Source of the DNA: Torpedo marmorata
Taxonomy: Eukaryota
Reading direction: 5' to 3'
Length of the DNA: 64,000 nt
Assembly: GCA_977017645.1 (NCBI GenBank)
Contig: OZ360236.1
Location: 63,922,001 to 63,986,000 of the forward strand
Positions within the stretch are counted from its first letter, which is position 1. Every line of letters begins with the position of its first letter. The notes beneath the pieces are model-generated. The model searched no databases and was not told the origin of the DNA. It worked only from the letters and a program-made list of their open reading frames with translations. The position numbers were made by a program, and so were the translations under genes. This document shows, piece after piece, positions 9,573 to 22,711 of this stretch.

Positions 9573-10985
9573 AGTTATCTTCCTGTACTCACATCTATTC
9601 GAAGAAAGAATATTTGTCAAATGTAACATTTTAGAGCATAAGACTGCATTTGAATTATCATGAAATTGGATTTTTTCTTTAATGAATAACATAAAAATAA
9701 GATTTTATTAGGTTTCTTCCACTTCCCAGAAATATTCAAGTTGTTAGGTTAATTATAGGCCACTACAAATTGCCTCAATTGGGTAGGTGAGTGAGAGAAT
9801 CCAGGAAGGAGGGGGGGAGGAGAATTGATAGGAATATGGAGAGAATAAAAATATGTTAGTGTAGGATTGTGTAAAAATGGGTACTGATGTTCAACATGGA
9901 CTCAATGAGCTGAAGGGTCTGTTTCCATACTGCATCTCTCTCTCTATCATCCAATTATCCCTGTTAAATCTTATGCTATTGTATTTTGCCAAGAAATTCT
10001 ATTTGTCATTCCTCTTTCCTTCAAAGCTGACCCATGTTGGGCCAGCTCACTAACACTGAAATCACTCTTGTTCATTCATCCCAATGTACAACTTCCAGGC
10101 CTCCGCTTGTTAACAAACCAATGGTTAAAATTTAGAGCACCGCGCCACCCCCCTCCCGTCTGGTATCACCTCCTTTGTTCTTCCCCTTTCTTCTCCAGTA
10201 TTCTTGCTTTGCCCTTTCCCTTCTCTTTTCCCTTCTGCTCAAACTAGAATTTATGTGCAAATAAATTGATTCAGGTTAATAAAAACAGTACACAAACATC
10301 CATTCTCATATGAATTCTACATACAGGGCTGTGGCTGGAATCACTTAAAACTAGCAGAAAATACACACGGGGGAAAAGGATTCCAAGTACATTGCTGACA
10401 TGGTGAATTCTCTGTCCAAAATAGTGATGTCACCTTGACCCGAGGCCAAGGAAGTTCAGCATGTCTTCCATGTCCCTTAACAACTTGCACAGGGGCATCA
10501 TTGAAACCCATCTCACCCCAGACACTCTCTCCTCCCTCCTTTTCCTCCTCTCTCTGCTCCTGTCGGCGAGAAGGTTCAGGAGTGTGAAATAGCGCAGCAT
10601 CAGACTTAGAGACTGTTTCTTCCCCACAGCTATCAGGTTCCTGAATGAACCTCATAACTGTATTCTCAATCTTTCCTTGCTATGTACTGATTGATCATTT
10701 CACTGTAATTCTTTACTCTAACTGTGGTCTTGCTCTTCTTCTTTGTATGGATGTATCCATGTTAGAGTTGACTTGCTAGTCTGATCACAAAGGAACCTTT
10801 AGCAGAATAATGTGACAATAGAACTTTATGCCAACTCGAAAGGCTTATGGATGGAAAGCAAATTTCCAAGTTTTCAAGTAAATATGAGAACAATCTCCAG
10901 TACTGAATACTATTCTTTTATTCTTTTGTAATCTTTTGTATGAAATAAGTAATAATTACAGCGTGTAACACATTTGTTTCCTCAG

Positions 10986-11119
10986 ATCCAGGGGTGCGCC
11001 ATTGTGAGTCGTGAGATGAATGCAGAAATCAATTTTCGGAATCCATTGTCTGAATCACTGTTTGACTGTGTCTTCAGTGTGGAAGGAATAGAATTGATTG
11101 ATGGAATAGAACAAATTAG
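10986..11119 (+). CDS. TGM2: Transglutaminase 2-like, exon 12 equivalent
   Basis: CCTCAG|ATC...TTAG|GTAAGT; IQGCAIVSREMNAEINFRNPLSESLFDCVFSVEGIELIDGIEQI (F.NPL...C.F.VEG motif). Absent from the ORF track because it is under 60 aa. Confidence 0.85.
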
Positions 11120-12979
11120 GTAAGTAGTTGCTGAACACATAATAGAGCAAACAAATCATTAGTGTTTGAATCCAAAAATCTCTCTGGCTTTCCTTGTAGT
11201 ATGTTACTGAGTTATTTCTCTCTAAAACATTTGAAAGACAGAAATCAGATTCACTTGCAGCAAATAATTTGACTTTTTCTGACATAGCATGTAATCATAG
11301 AACTGTACGGCATGGAAACAGACCCTTCCGTCCAACTCGTCCATGCCGACCAAGTTGTCCGTCTGAGCTAGGCCCACTTCCCTGTGATTAGCCCGTATCC
11401 TTCTCACCCTTTCCTTTCCATGGACCAGTCTAAATGTCTGTCTGTTAAATTGTATCTGACACAATAGTCACAAAGGAAGTCTGCAAATAAATTCGACTTC
11501 AGAAGGGGCATGATGGATGGTAAAATACCAGCCTATGAAATAGCAATTCACAAGTGGACAATCTTTATAATTAGCCAAGGAAACATATTTATTGCTTAAT
11601 TGTTAGTACTATTTGATACCTCAAAGGTTTTTTGCCTAGATTGTTTGACAACTTGTGAAGATGTAGCTGAAGAATTTACTTGCCTCTTCTGCTCATGGTT
11701 GGCATGCCCCTGAAATGTAGACAGCATTCTTCTGTTCATTACAAAGAATAAATTATCCTCTTGACTAACCTCACCACATGTTTTAATTTCAAGTCTACAA
11801 AATGCAAGTTCTGAAACTGAAATAAATTAATCAGGGAACTTTTGGCTTGATATGGAAAATTAATTACTGGATTCTTATAAATCCCAATGGGTTTATTGGT
11901 GTCCCCAGAGAAGAAATCTCTGCCTGGCCTGATAGGGGTTCAGTTATGACTCCAGTTCCATCCTCTGTGATTGACCTAATATCACACACATCATTCCAGG
12001 CCTGAGACCTTGTGAACAATGCAATAGATGAAACCTGCATCCATACAGTAATATTTGATTCAACATCAATTTAGCTACATCCTAAATCTAATGTATGATC
12101 AAACCTGTCTTCCTGCACAGTAAAATGGAGCTTGGAATGACACTAATGTCAGTGGAATGCAAATGTGTTTACTTTTATGGACCGGGAATAAATTAGCAAT
12201 GCACTCCTACAGCACTGACACGTGTTTGCACCCACTTTGGTGGTTGGAAAGTACCAGTCTGGTTCTGTGGAATAGTTCCACGTGCATCAGGTGACCCCGC
12301 TGTTGCTTAAATGTCCATTCATCATTTAGAATCGTAAATGGTGCTGACAGACTGACCAGCTCTTCATACCACACCAATGCCTATCTTCCATGCACTGAGT
12401 GGTGCTCGTTTTCCATCAAAGATCAACTCAGTATTCATGGGACTCTCATTGGATGGTCCTCTGGTGCTCCAGACACAGATTGATGGTGCTCCAATGTAGT
12501 TCTCACTTTCATAAATCATGGGGCAAAGCCAGTCATAATGACAACTTTGCACTTGTTTTTTTAATGTAATGTAGAAGCTTCTTACAAAACATTTCAGAGC
12601 CTCAAGGAAAAAAATTGACACCATTTGAAAGAAAAGTATTGGGTGGGGTGATTGATGACTTGGGTTTTCCCAGGAGCTTAAAGGAAAGGAGAAGAATTTT
12701 AAACAAACAAAATTACAAAAGGGCTAAAGGCATGGCTGGTGTTGAGATAAATATAGTGGTGGAAGAAAGGTGCTCACAATATCAGAAGAAATGTTTATAG
12801 AGTTATGAGAGGAGTAGATAGACTAGACAGTCAGAATCTTTTTCCCAGGGTAAAAATGTCAAATGCTAGAGATGAGAAGAGGGAAGTTTAAAGCAGATGT
12901 GAGGCACAATTTTTTTTTTTATACGGAGAGCAGTGGGTACCTGAGTGAAACACGATAGGCGGCAGGTGCTGTGATTGTA

Positions 12980-13342
12980 GTAAACACACCGAAATGTTGG
13001 AGGAACTCAGCCGGTCTTTTCAGCATCTAAAGGAGACAAAGATATATTGCTGACGTTTCGGGCCTGAGCCCTTATTCAAGGAAAAATCAGAAAAGGCAGA
13101 AGCAGGATATATCAGAAAGTCTCAGAATTCAAACAATGGGGGAGGAATCCAGACCAACAAAAGGTGTTAATTGAATATGATAAGGGACTACGTGAGAATT
13201 TATCATGTCTGTGCGAAAGGAGACAGGGAAAGGAGAGACGACGGGAGAAGAAGGGGGTGGGGTTTTAACGAAAGCCAGAGAAGTCGATATTAATGCCACC
13301 CGGTTGGAGGGTGCCCAGTCAGAAGGTGTGTTGTTCCTCCAA
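12980..13342 (-). mobile_element. Penelope-like element 3' fragment inserted between CR1 pieces
   Basis: Minus strand LEEQH...GTLQPGGINIDF-like sequence and CCTTGAATAAGGGCTCAGGCCCGAAACGTC motif (13052-13081). Confidence 0.75.
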
Positions 13343-13869
13343 TGGGAACCTGGTACGGGCTGCCAGAACTAATGGTGCAAGCAGATACAATCGTAGCATT
13401 GAAGAGGTTTTTGGATAAGCACAAGAAGGTGCAGGAAATAGAGAGACGTGGATCATTTGCAGACAAAATAGAACTAGTTAAATTTGATGCAAACATCATG
13501 GTCAAAGGGCCTGTTCCTGTGTATTATATTCTAAATGGAATGATTGGGGGAGGAGAAAATTTGTATAATTGAAGGTTATGAAGGCATGCATTATACTCTC
13601 AAGTTGCAGACACTGGATTTCCTTCACGCAATGTTTCAGTTTCAACTTTTCTTCTTTAATTTCAAATTCTTTCATGAATTGCCCTTCCATATCCCTTTTC
13701 TCACGTCCAGCCCAAAAGCTGTTGAGGTGTCTGAACTCTTCCAACTCTGGTCTTTGGCTGTTTGTTGAATTTAACCATTAACTCTTGGTGATTTTTTTTT
13801 CACTCTCTCCCTGAACCTCTACACTCTGGAGCCAGATTTATAGAATCATCACAAAGTGTGATGAGACCA

Positions 13870-14412
13870 CACAAAGAGTATTGTGTTCAGTTCTGGTCAC
13901 CTCATTATAGGAAGGATGTGGAAGCTATGGAGAGGGTGCAGAGGAGATTTACCACGATGTTGCCTGGATTGGAAAATATAGTAAGTCTCATGAGGCAAGG
14001 TTAGCAGAGGTGGGACTTTTCTCTTTGGAGCGTAGAAGGATGAGAGGAGACTTAATAGAGGTCTACAAGATTATGAGAGGCAGAGATAGGGTGGACAACC
14101 AACACCTTTTTCCCAGGGCAGGAATAGCAAACACCAGAGGACATGTGTACAAAGTGAAGGGAGGGAAGTTTAGGGGAGACATCAGGGGTAAGTTGTTTTA
14201 CACAGAGAGTTGTGGGTGCCTGGAATGCCTTGCCAGGGATGGTGGTGGAGGCTGAAACTAGGGGCATTTAAGAGACTCTTAGAGAGGCACATGGATGGAA
14301 GAAAACTAGGGTTACAGGGTAGGGAGGGTTAAGTACTTTTTTTAAAAAGGAATGTGGGTTGGCACAACATTGAGGGCTGAAGGGCCTGTACTGTGCTGAA
14401 GTCTTCTATGTT
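13870..14412 (+). mobile_element. CR1 LINE 3' end
   Basis: EYCVQFWSPHYRKDVEAMERVQRRFT...GLFSLERRRMRGDLIEVYKIM; 3' tail TCTATGTTCTA. Confidence 0.88.
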
Positions 14413-14919
14413 CTATATATCTATCTACACTAGTCCTAATTTATTCTTTGCACACTCCCATCAACTGTCCCTCCGATCCCAACTCTATTTTAACTTTTCA
14501 CCTACACACTGTGGAGTATTTACCAATGAACCTGTCAACCTGAACATCTTTGGGATGTGGGAGGAGAACAGAGCACTCAGGAAGAAACCCATGTAGTCCT
14601 AGAAAGAGCAAGTAAACTCCACACAGACAGTACCAGAGGTCATGATCACACTCCGGTCTCATGAGGTGTGAAGTAGCAGCTCTACTATCTGCACCACTGT
14701 GTTGTTCATCCTCTTCCTTCTTTTAAATTTATTTCTTGAAACTTTTCTCTTTTACCGAGTATTTGGTTGTCTGGAAAAGTATCTCCTTGAATATCGCAGT
14801 ATCATTTCTTGGTGTAAGTAGTTTGGTGCACCAAGGGATAAATCAGTAAAAGTTGGAGTTGTTGCTTGGAATTCTGCAGATGGTTGCTGTTTTTATCTTT
14901 GCAACAGATTTTTAAAAAA

Positions 14920-15147
14920 AATTAGACATAATTTAACAGGCCCTTTCGGCACACGAGCCCGTGCCGCCCAATTACACCCAATTGACCTACAACTCCGGTA
15001 CGTTTTGAAGGGTGGGAGGAAACTGGAGCACCCAGAGGAAACCCACGCAGACGCGGAGAGAACGTACAAACTTCTTACAGACAGTGCCGGATTCGATCCC
15101 AGGTCGCTGGCGCTGTAACAGCGTTGCGCTAACCAAGCGTGCTGCCC
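14920..15147 (-). mobile_element. V-SINE (HE1-like), near full length
   Basis: Reverse complement begins GGGCAGCACG...GGTTAGCGCAACGCTGTTACAGCGCCAGCGACCTGGGATCGAATCC (tRNA-like A/B boxes), followed by the V-domain core. Confidence 0.85.
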
Positions 15148-15230
15148 TTTTAATTTCTTTCAAAAACTAAAACAATTTTGTGATATTGCTTTTCTAACCA
15201 GTGATAGATACGGCTTTTGCTTTGTTCCAG

Positions 15231-15381
15231 GGTCAAGGAGATAAAGATGAATTTTGATGTTACAATGAACATTAAATTCATCCCCAAGAAACCAGGACTT
15301 CGGAAATTCATGGTGGATTTCGACTGCAACAGAATGACAGATGTGAAAGGATTCAAGAATATCATTGTCCGAAACATTTAA
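15231..15381 (+). CDS. TGM2: Transglutaminase 2-like, last coding exon (exon 13 equivalent)
   Basis: TTCCAG|G GTC...; VKEIKMNFDVTMNIKFIPKKPGLRKFMVDFDCNRMTDVKGFKNIIVRNI then TAA at 15379-15381; phase matches the preceding exon. Confidence 0.88.
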
Positions 15382-15616
15382 ATTCATCTGATTATCTCTT
15401 ACACATTCAATATGATTATGAACAACACTTGCATCATATTAAGCTTTTGTGCACTTGTAAACTATTTCAATCAAAACTAATCAAGATGTTTAAAACTCTG
15501 TTGTGCCCCTCTGAATTCTTCGTATCAATGATTGTGCATGAATAGGATGACCATTATTGGTGAGAAATTGAATGCAATTGTGTCCTATTTCTCAGTGTAT
15601 TGTCAGAATGCAATTA

Positions 15617-16256
15617 CAGGTTGTCCTCAACTTACGACCTATGCGAGTTATGTCCACCCGCACATACAACCAAAATTTTTTTGTATTAAAAGTACTGAAT
15701 ACTTGTTTGGAAGTAGTCATTAGACTCGGGCGTTGGGCAGGAGCGGCGGCTCAATGCAGGATCAATGGCCGTCTTCGTTACCAATAATCCCCCATGCAGC
15801 TGGAATCGCTCTGCCAGCGCCAGGGAAACGCAGAGCGGTTCCAGCTGCTTGGGGGATTATGGGTAACAAAGACATGTTCGGGTCGTCGGGAGCTTGGATG
15901 GACGGGAGGCCCAGGCAAGGATCCGCGGTCAGGAGCTCCGGTGGGCGGGTAGCCAAGGCGTCGGGAGCACGCATGGGTAGGCGGTCAGGGCGTCTGGAGT
16001 TCCGATGAGCAGGTGGCTGGTGCATCGGGAGCTCAGATGGGTGAGCTATTCCATAAGGATGGGTTTCCCTTGAATTAACTAGGACCAGAATCCAAGTAAA
16101 TACAACAACTAGAGCTGGAAACGAGGCTTTAAACTGAAAATAATGTTGATGGTGGTGGTAGCAGATATGCGCGGCAGGATGAATCCGAGTTACGACCAAT
16201 CCGAGTTACGACCACTCCTTCGGTCCCAATTACGGTCGTAAGTCGAGGACTACCTG
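15617..16256. mobile_element. Tc1/mariner (Tigger/pogo-like) MITE
   Basis: TIRs CAGGTTGTCCTCAACTTACGACC / GGTCGTAAGTCGAGGACTACCTG; TA on the left flank, GTA on the right; GC-rich interior with a long hairpin. Confidence 0.85.
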
Positions 16257-16689
16257 GTACATTTTGATCACTGAAAACTGGTATTACAGTTTAACTATCG
16301 GTATGTTGATGAGCATCTTTTAGAATTCTTTGCTAACTTTGGGAAAACCAACACAAACCATTCTTTTCTAGACTACGACAACTTAAATCATGCCAGGGCG
16401 TGATAAACAGTAGTTTGGTGTTTATCCTTGTTCTGTGCTTAATGTGGAGCTGGAAAAGTAAGAGCATTTTTGCTGTCCTCGTGGTAACTTCCATCTATTT
16501 GTCACCTCTTTCCCCTAAGCATAACCTGTAGTTGCCTGGAACAGATAATGTTTGCAAAGCCCCAGCCAGCAAATGCATCGGGGCACACTATTTACTCCAT
16601 AATTGTACAAATAAACACCAATTTTCAGCCTCCATATATAGGCATGTGGAAATGGACAAGCTGGCCATATTATGCCATCTTTCTTTTCT

Positions 16690-16916
16690 TTTAGAGATAT
16701 AGAACAATAACAGGCCCTTCCAGCCCATGAGCCTGCACCACCCAAATACACCAATTAACCTACAAACCGCAAACGTTTTTCTTGGAGGGTGGGAGGAAAC
16801 TCACGCAGGTCATGGGCAGAATGTACAAACTCCTTACAGACAGTGCCAGATTCAAACGCATGTCGCTGGCACTGTAATAGCATTGTGCTAACCGCTAATG
16901 CTAACCGTGCTGCCCT
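16690..16916 (-). mobile_element. V-SINE (HE1-like), internally deleted
   Basis: Same head and tail as the 14920-15147 copy. Confidence 0.8.
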
Positions 16917-17987
16917 AATGTAGGATGTAGCTGTGTTCCATTGGCTACTATCTTCAAGCTTGTACACAGCCAACATTTTATTTCGATAATACATTTCCAC
17001 GATTTTAAATATGAATCCAAATACTTGTGATGTTTACCTTCTGGATATTTCAACTATAGCTTTGCTTTCATTGCATATGATAATGCTAAAGAATAGCGTA
17101 GATAAAGGACACTGCTATTACTAATGAAATATCAACAATTTGAAACTGTTTTTCTATCCACAAATTTGGCTTCATTGGCTGGGAATTTCCAACATTTTGT
17201 GATTTAAGTCAAATATCTAGCATGTGCAGTATTTCACTTTCGGTTATTAATTTCCAGAGTACTGACAATTGTATTAATTGCATTTCGTTAATCAAGATAA
17301 TAAAGCTGATTCTCATTACACAATAGTAAGTATATTTGAACTGGGCTCTAATTACCTCATTATCATTGTAATGTAATTAATAAATAGTCTAGGAATAAAC
17401 ATTTGCCTTTGCAAAGACCCTGAATGGAAGAAGGTGCCAGAGGTACAAGGAAAATGAATGTTTCGCTCTTTCACCACTTAGTTTGGTTACTGCCTCTGGG
17501 AAGAGGATAATAGCAACAACCAAACCGAGTGTTTCAAAACAGGAGAATGGGAGCCATGGGCTGATTTCTTACACAAGGGAACTCAATTTGAGGATCAGGT
17601 AGTTTATGGGCTAAAGTAGTTACAGAAAATAGGGAAATGGTGAGCCAATGAAGCAATTCGTACACAAGGAAGTGGTTTTAAAATTGGGGCCACAGGGTTA
17701 TTGGAGGCATGATATACAGCAGAACTTTATGGAGGATAGGAGAGTTAGGAAATTTTTATATATGGTGAAAGATGAGAAGTCACACAACAGAACACTTCTT
17801 GAGTGAAGAGGTAGTGATTGAAGTTTTTGGATGATGAATTGAATAATTGAAGTGAATATTGAAAATTCAAGAGCAGGAAAATCTGGGAGGAGGAGGTTAA
17901 GGTGTAAAATCAACTTGGGGTGGGGGGGTCAAGTCACATGTAGAGATTGTGAAAACCCACATTCAGTAGAGATGTGGTCAAAGAGAT

Positions 17988-19377
17988 GAATCAGAATTTA
18001 TTGTCATGAACAAGTCACAAAATTCGGTGTTTTGCGGCAGCATCATAGTGCAAACATTCATAGAACAATAAATATTTTTAAAAAAATAATAGTGCACGAA
18101 AAGTAAGGCAGTGTCTTTGGTTCAGTGATTATTCAGGAATCTGATGGCAGCGGGGAAGAAGCTGTCCTTGGGCCGCTGAGTGCTCATCTTTAGGCTTCTG
18201 TACCTTTTACCCGATGGTAGCAGAGTGAAGAGGGCATGGCCTGGGTGGTGGGGGTCTTTGAGGATAGAGCTGCTTTTTTAAGACACCGCCTCATGTAGAT
18301 GTCCTCGATGGAGTGAAGTCCGGTGCCTGTGATGTCACAGGCCGAGTTAACAACCCTCTGGAGTTTATTCTTGTCCTGAGAGTTGGCGCCTCCATACCAG
18401 GCAGTGATGCAACCAGCCAGAATGCTCTCCACGATACACCTGTAGACGTTTACGAGAGTCTTCGGTGACATACCGAATCTCCTCAACCACCTCAAAAAGT
18501 ATAGCTGACGAGCCTTCTTCATGATTGCATCGACATGGAGGCTCCAAGACAGATCCTCAGAGATGTTTTTTTAAAATATTTTATTAAAAATTTTTTGTTC
18601 ATACATGCATAATTTGTACAATACATAAAATATCAATTCATTATTATTATTATTTATACATGATCACTGTCCCAACCCCCCCTCCCCCCAAACCAAAACC
18701 CCAGAAAGGAAGAAAGAAAACAAAGGAAAATAAATAAAAAGAAAAATATGAAGATAAAGTAACCTGGATGGTAAGAAGTCGCTACCTGCAACACAGTTCT
18801 AATTAGTTACTTTTAAAAAAAAATCCTAATTCTCTCAAGGAGATTAATGAGGAACTCGGGGTGGAGAAATCTATTAATTTATTCCTACTATTTGTAAATA
18901 TGGGCGCAAAATTTTCAAAAATACATCATATTTGTTTCTTAAATTATAAGTAATCTTCTCAAGTGGGATACCACTACACATTTCTGTATTCCACCGCTCC
19001 ATACCCAAATTGGAATCTGATTTCCAATTTACCGCTATACATTTTTTTGCTACTGCTAATGCGATTTTTAAGAATTCTTTTTGATTCATATTTTATTTCA
19101 ATTTGGGTCTTATCCCCTCAATATTTCCTAATAAAAACAACATTGGATCTTGTGGAAATTTAGTTCCCGGAATCTGCTCTAAAAAGATTTTTAAGATCCT
19201 CGGAGATGTTGACACCCAGGAAGTTGAAGTTCTTGACCCTCTCCACTACTGAGCCCTCGATGAGGACTGGGTCATGTTCCTCTGACTTCCTCCTGAAGTC
19301 CACAATCATCTCCTTGGTTTTGCTTACGTTGAGCACAAGGTTGCTGGTGTGACACCACTCAACGAGCTGATCTATCT
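17988..19377 (-). mobile_element. Rex1/Babar-like LINE 3' fragment interrupted by an L1
   Basis: RT C-terminal ORF (18190-18522) continues at 19194-19377 (GSVVERVKNFNFLGVNISED). Confidence 0.85.
18568..19193 (-). mobile_element. 5'-truncated L1/Tx1-clade LINE nested in the Rex element
   Basis: ORF2 C-terminus ...LAVAKKCIAVNWKS...PLEKITYNLR; A-rich tail; 17-bp TSD AGATCCTC[A/G]GAGATGTT (18551-18567 / 19194-19210). Confidence 0.88.
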
Positions 19378-19667
19378 GAAATGGACTGGAGGGAAAAGTT
19401 CAGAGGTTGGGGAAGAGAAACATGTGAAGATGATGGCTTCAGACTTCCAAATGTTTATTTTGAGTTAAACAATTGTCACCCAATCTTACATTTCATGTTT
19501 GCCTCAACTCTTAATGCTTCCTTTGTGTCTGTTGCCTGAATGTGAAATCAGTTCATTGTTGACAGAAAATGTCAGAATGGTGCAAAGATGAGGAGGGTAA
19601 TGATAGATCCTTGTAAATGTCTGTCCATTTACAATGTTCATGTAGGAAAGGAATCTATTCCTAGTGG

Positions 19668-19930
19668 AGACACAAGAGACTGCAGATGCTGGAATCTGAA
19701 GCTAAAAACAAATTGTTGGAGGAACTCAGCAGGTCAAGCAGGTTCTATGGGGGTGGGGGAGAGGAACTGTGAACATTTCAGGTCAAGATTCTGTATCAGG
19801 ATGGAGAGAGGGAAGAAAGCCAGTATAAAGAGGACAGGGGGTGGGGTGAGACAGGAACCAGTTGACAAAGGTGGACTGAGGAGGGGTGAAGGATGATGGA
19901 CAAATGGAGACGTGGGGGCGAAGTGGAAAT
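19668..19930 (-). mobile_element. Penelope-like terminal fragment
   Basis: ACAAGAGACTGCAGATGCTGGAATCT...GGAGGAACTCAGCAGGTCA, a degenerate hammerhead-like motif and a purine tract. Confidence 0.6.
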
Positions 19931-21968
19931 GGGAGACAAGGGAAAAAGGGTGTTCAGGATAAGAACAAAAACTATTTCTTGTGATTGTTTTCATTTACTC
20001 ATTCATGGATGTCAACAATTACCGTACTCTGAACAGAGTAGCTTACTTGGCCAGTTGAAAGGAGTTACCTGCAGGTGGGTCCTTAGTCATAGAAAGGTAT
20101 ATTTTCTTCCCTGAAGCACACAAAATAATCAGGCGTGTTTTTTTTCAACAATCTGATTGTCACGGTCACTGACATTTTATTTAAGATTCATTCAATTAAT
20201 TTAAACTCCACAAGGTAGAATACCAGTTCTCCTCTGTACATCAATCCATTAACTTGCCTCCCTAAAGTCAGCTCAGTTTACTCATAAATTACAATCGACT
20301 CCGAGTATTTTCAAGCTGCTGGTAGTGGTATGGCCGATGAATCTAAGGTGTCTGGAATGCGTGTGAAGTGGGGCAAGAGTGTAACTGAAAAAGAACCTTG
20401 GTCTCACTTCTAGCTACTCAGACATATTTTTTGGATGTGGCATACACTTGCTGACAATAATGTAAGACGGTGAAGGAAATGTAGTCAGAACTGCCTCCTT
20501 TGATGAAATCAGATCAAAATAAATATTATTTATGGAATGTTTGATACAAATTAATGGAAACTGCTACCTAAATGCCAAATCTGTGGTTGTTACCAGAATC
20601 ATCATTAGGGACTAACCATGGACTGTTTGTACAAATTTGGTGAAAGACAACATGGATTTGTGGAAGGTGATTGAAACACTTGAGGGGGGTCAGTAATTGT
20701 GGATAAAGTCCAGTAAGAATTTTGTACGTTTCAAAGAGATCCCATATAATTCTTCTAAAATCAGGAGAATATAGGTCCACTCTTGCTAATTACTTTTTTC
20801 AGGACAAACCTCTGCCCAAAGAATCAATCTGCTGATTCTTTGCCATACATCTTCTATCATTAGCAGGGAATTATTTTGCAAAGGAGACCAGACTTGCACA
20901 CAATATTCCACACCAGTATATTATGTAATGAATCTAGGATACCTCTACGCTTGCATTCAAACAAATCCTCTTGCAATCAAAGTTAACCTATAGTTTTCCT
21001 TCCGAATTGCTTGCAAAACTTGCATGGGAACTTTCATAGAACATTACAACAAAGAAAACAGGCCCTTTGGCACTTCTACTCTTATTCTGCCTAATCCCAC
21101 TGACCTGCACTCATCCCATATCCCTCCATAACCCCTCCCATCCATGTACCTGTCCAAATGTTTCTTAAATATTAAAAATTGAGCCCACATTCACTTCAGA
21201 TGGCAGCTCATTCCATAATCCCACCACTCTGTGTGAAGAAATTCCCTCTAATGTTCCCCTAAACTTATCCTCTATCACCCTGAACCCATGTCCTCTGGTT
21301 TGTATCAGACCTAACCTCAGTGGAAAAAGCCTACTTGCATTTACTCTATCTATACCCATCATAATTTTGTATACCTCTATCACATCTCCTCTCATTCTTC
21401 AACATTCCAGGGAATAAAGTCCTAACCTGTTTAACCTTTCTCTCGTAACTCAGTTCCTCAAGTCCCAGCAACATCCTAGTAAATCTTCTCTGCACTCTTT
21501 CAATTTTTATGATATCTTTCCTCTAGTTCGGTGACCAAAACTGCACACAATACTCCAAATTTGGCTCACAACAGGTTGTACAACTTCACCATAAGATCCC
21601 AACTCAAAACTCACTACCTTGATTTATGAAGGCCAATGTTCCAAAAGCTATCTTTACGACCCACGACGCTATCTACCCGTGACACCACTTTCAGGGAATT
21701 AATGCATCTGTATTCCGAGATCTCTGTTCTACCGCACTCCTCAGTGCCCTACTGTTTACTGTGTATGTCCTACCTTGATTTGCCCTTCTGAAATGCAACA
21801 CCTCGCACTTGCCTGCATTAGATTCGATCTGACATTTTGCAGCCCATTTTTCCAACTGGTCCAGATCCCTCGGCAAGCTTTGAAAGCCTTCCTCACTGTC
21901 TACTACACTTCCAATCTTTGTGACATCTGCAAAATTGGTGATTCAATTTCCCACTTTATCATCTAGAT

Positions 21969-22342
21969 CAGTGGTTTTCAAACTGCCCCCTAAACTCACA
22001 TTCCACCTTAAGCAATCCCTATGCCATAAGTGCTCTGTGATTAGTAAGGGATTGCTTAAGGCAGTATGTGAGTGGGAAGGGAAGGTTGAGAACCACTGCT
22101 CCAGACCCAATTGTTACTTAAATATTTTGCTTGAGAAAAATTGTCATTGGCCCATTTCCTTTGGAGTTATGAAACCGTGCACATAACGAGTCAATTAGGT
22201 ACGAATAAAACAGTGGCTTTCAAACTTTTTCTTTCCACTCACATACCACCTTAAGCAATCCCTTTCTAATCACAGAGCACCTATGACATAGGGATTGCTT
22301 AAGGTGATATGTGAGTTTAGGGGGGCAGTTTGAAAACCACTG
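21969..22342. mobile_element. hAT (Charlie-type) MITE with perfect palindromic 8-bp TSD
   Basis: TIRs CAGTGGTTTTCAAACTGCCCCC..AAACTCAC / GTGAGTTTAGGGGGGCAGTTTGAAAACCACTG; TSD ATCTAGAT at 21961-21968 and 22343-22350. Confidence 0.93.
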
Positions 22343-22711
22343 ATCTAGATCATTGATATAGATGACAAACAACAATGGACCCAGCACTGATCCTTGAGAC
22401 ACTGTACACTGCTAGCGACAGGCCTCTCGTCAGAGAGGCAATCATCCACTGCCACTCTCTGATTTCTCCCATAAAGCCAACGTCGAATCTAGCTTACTAC
22501 CTCACCATGAATACCAAGCGACTGAACTTTCCTGTCTAATCTCCCATGTGGGACCTTGTCAAAGTCCTGACTAAAGTCCATGTAGACACCATCCACAACC
22601 CTTACTTCATCAACTTTCCTGGTAACCTCTTCGAAAAACTCTAAGATTTGTTAAACATGACCCACCATGCAGAAAGCCATGTTGACTATCCCTAATCAGT
22701 CCCTGACTAAT

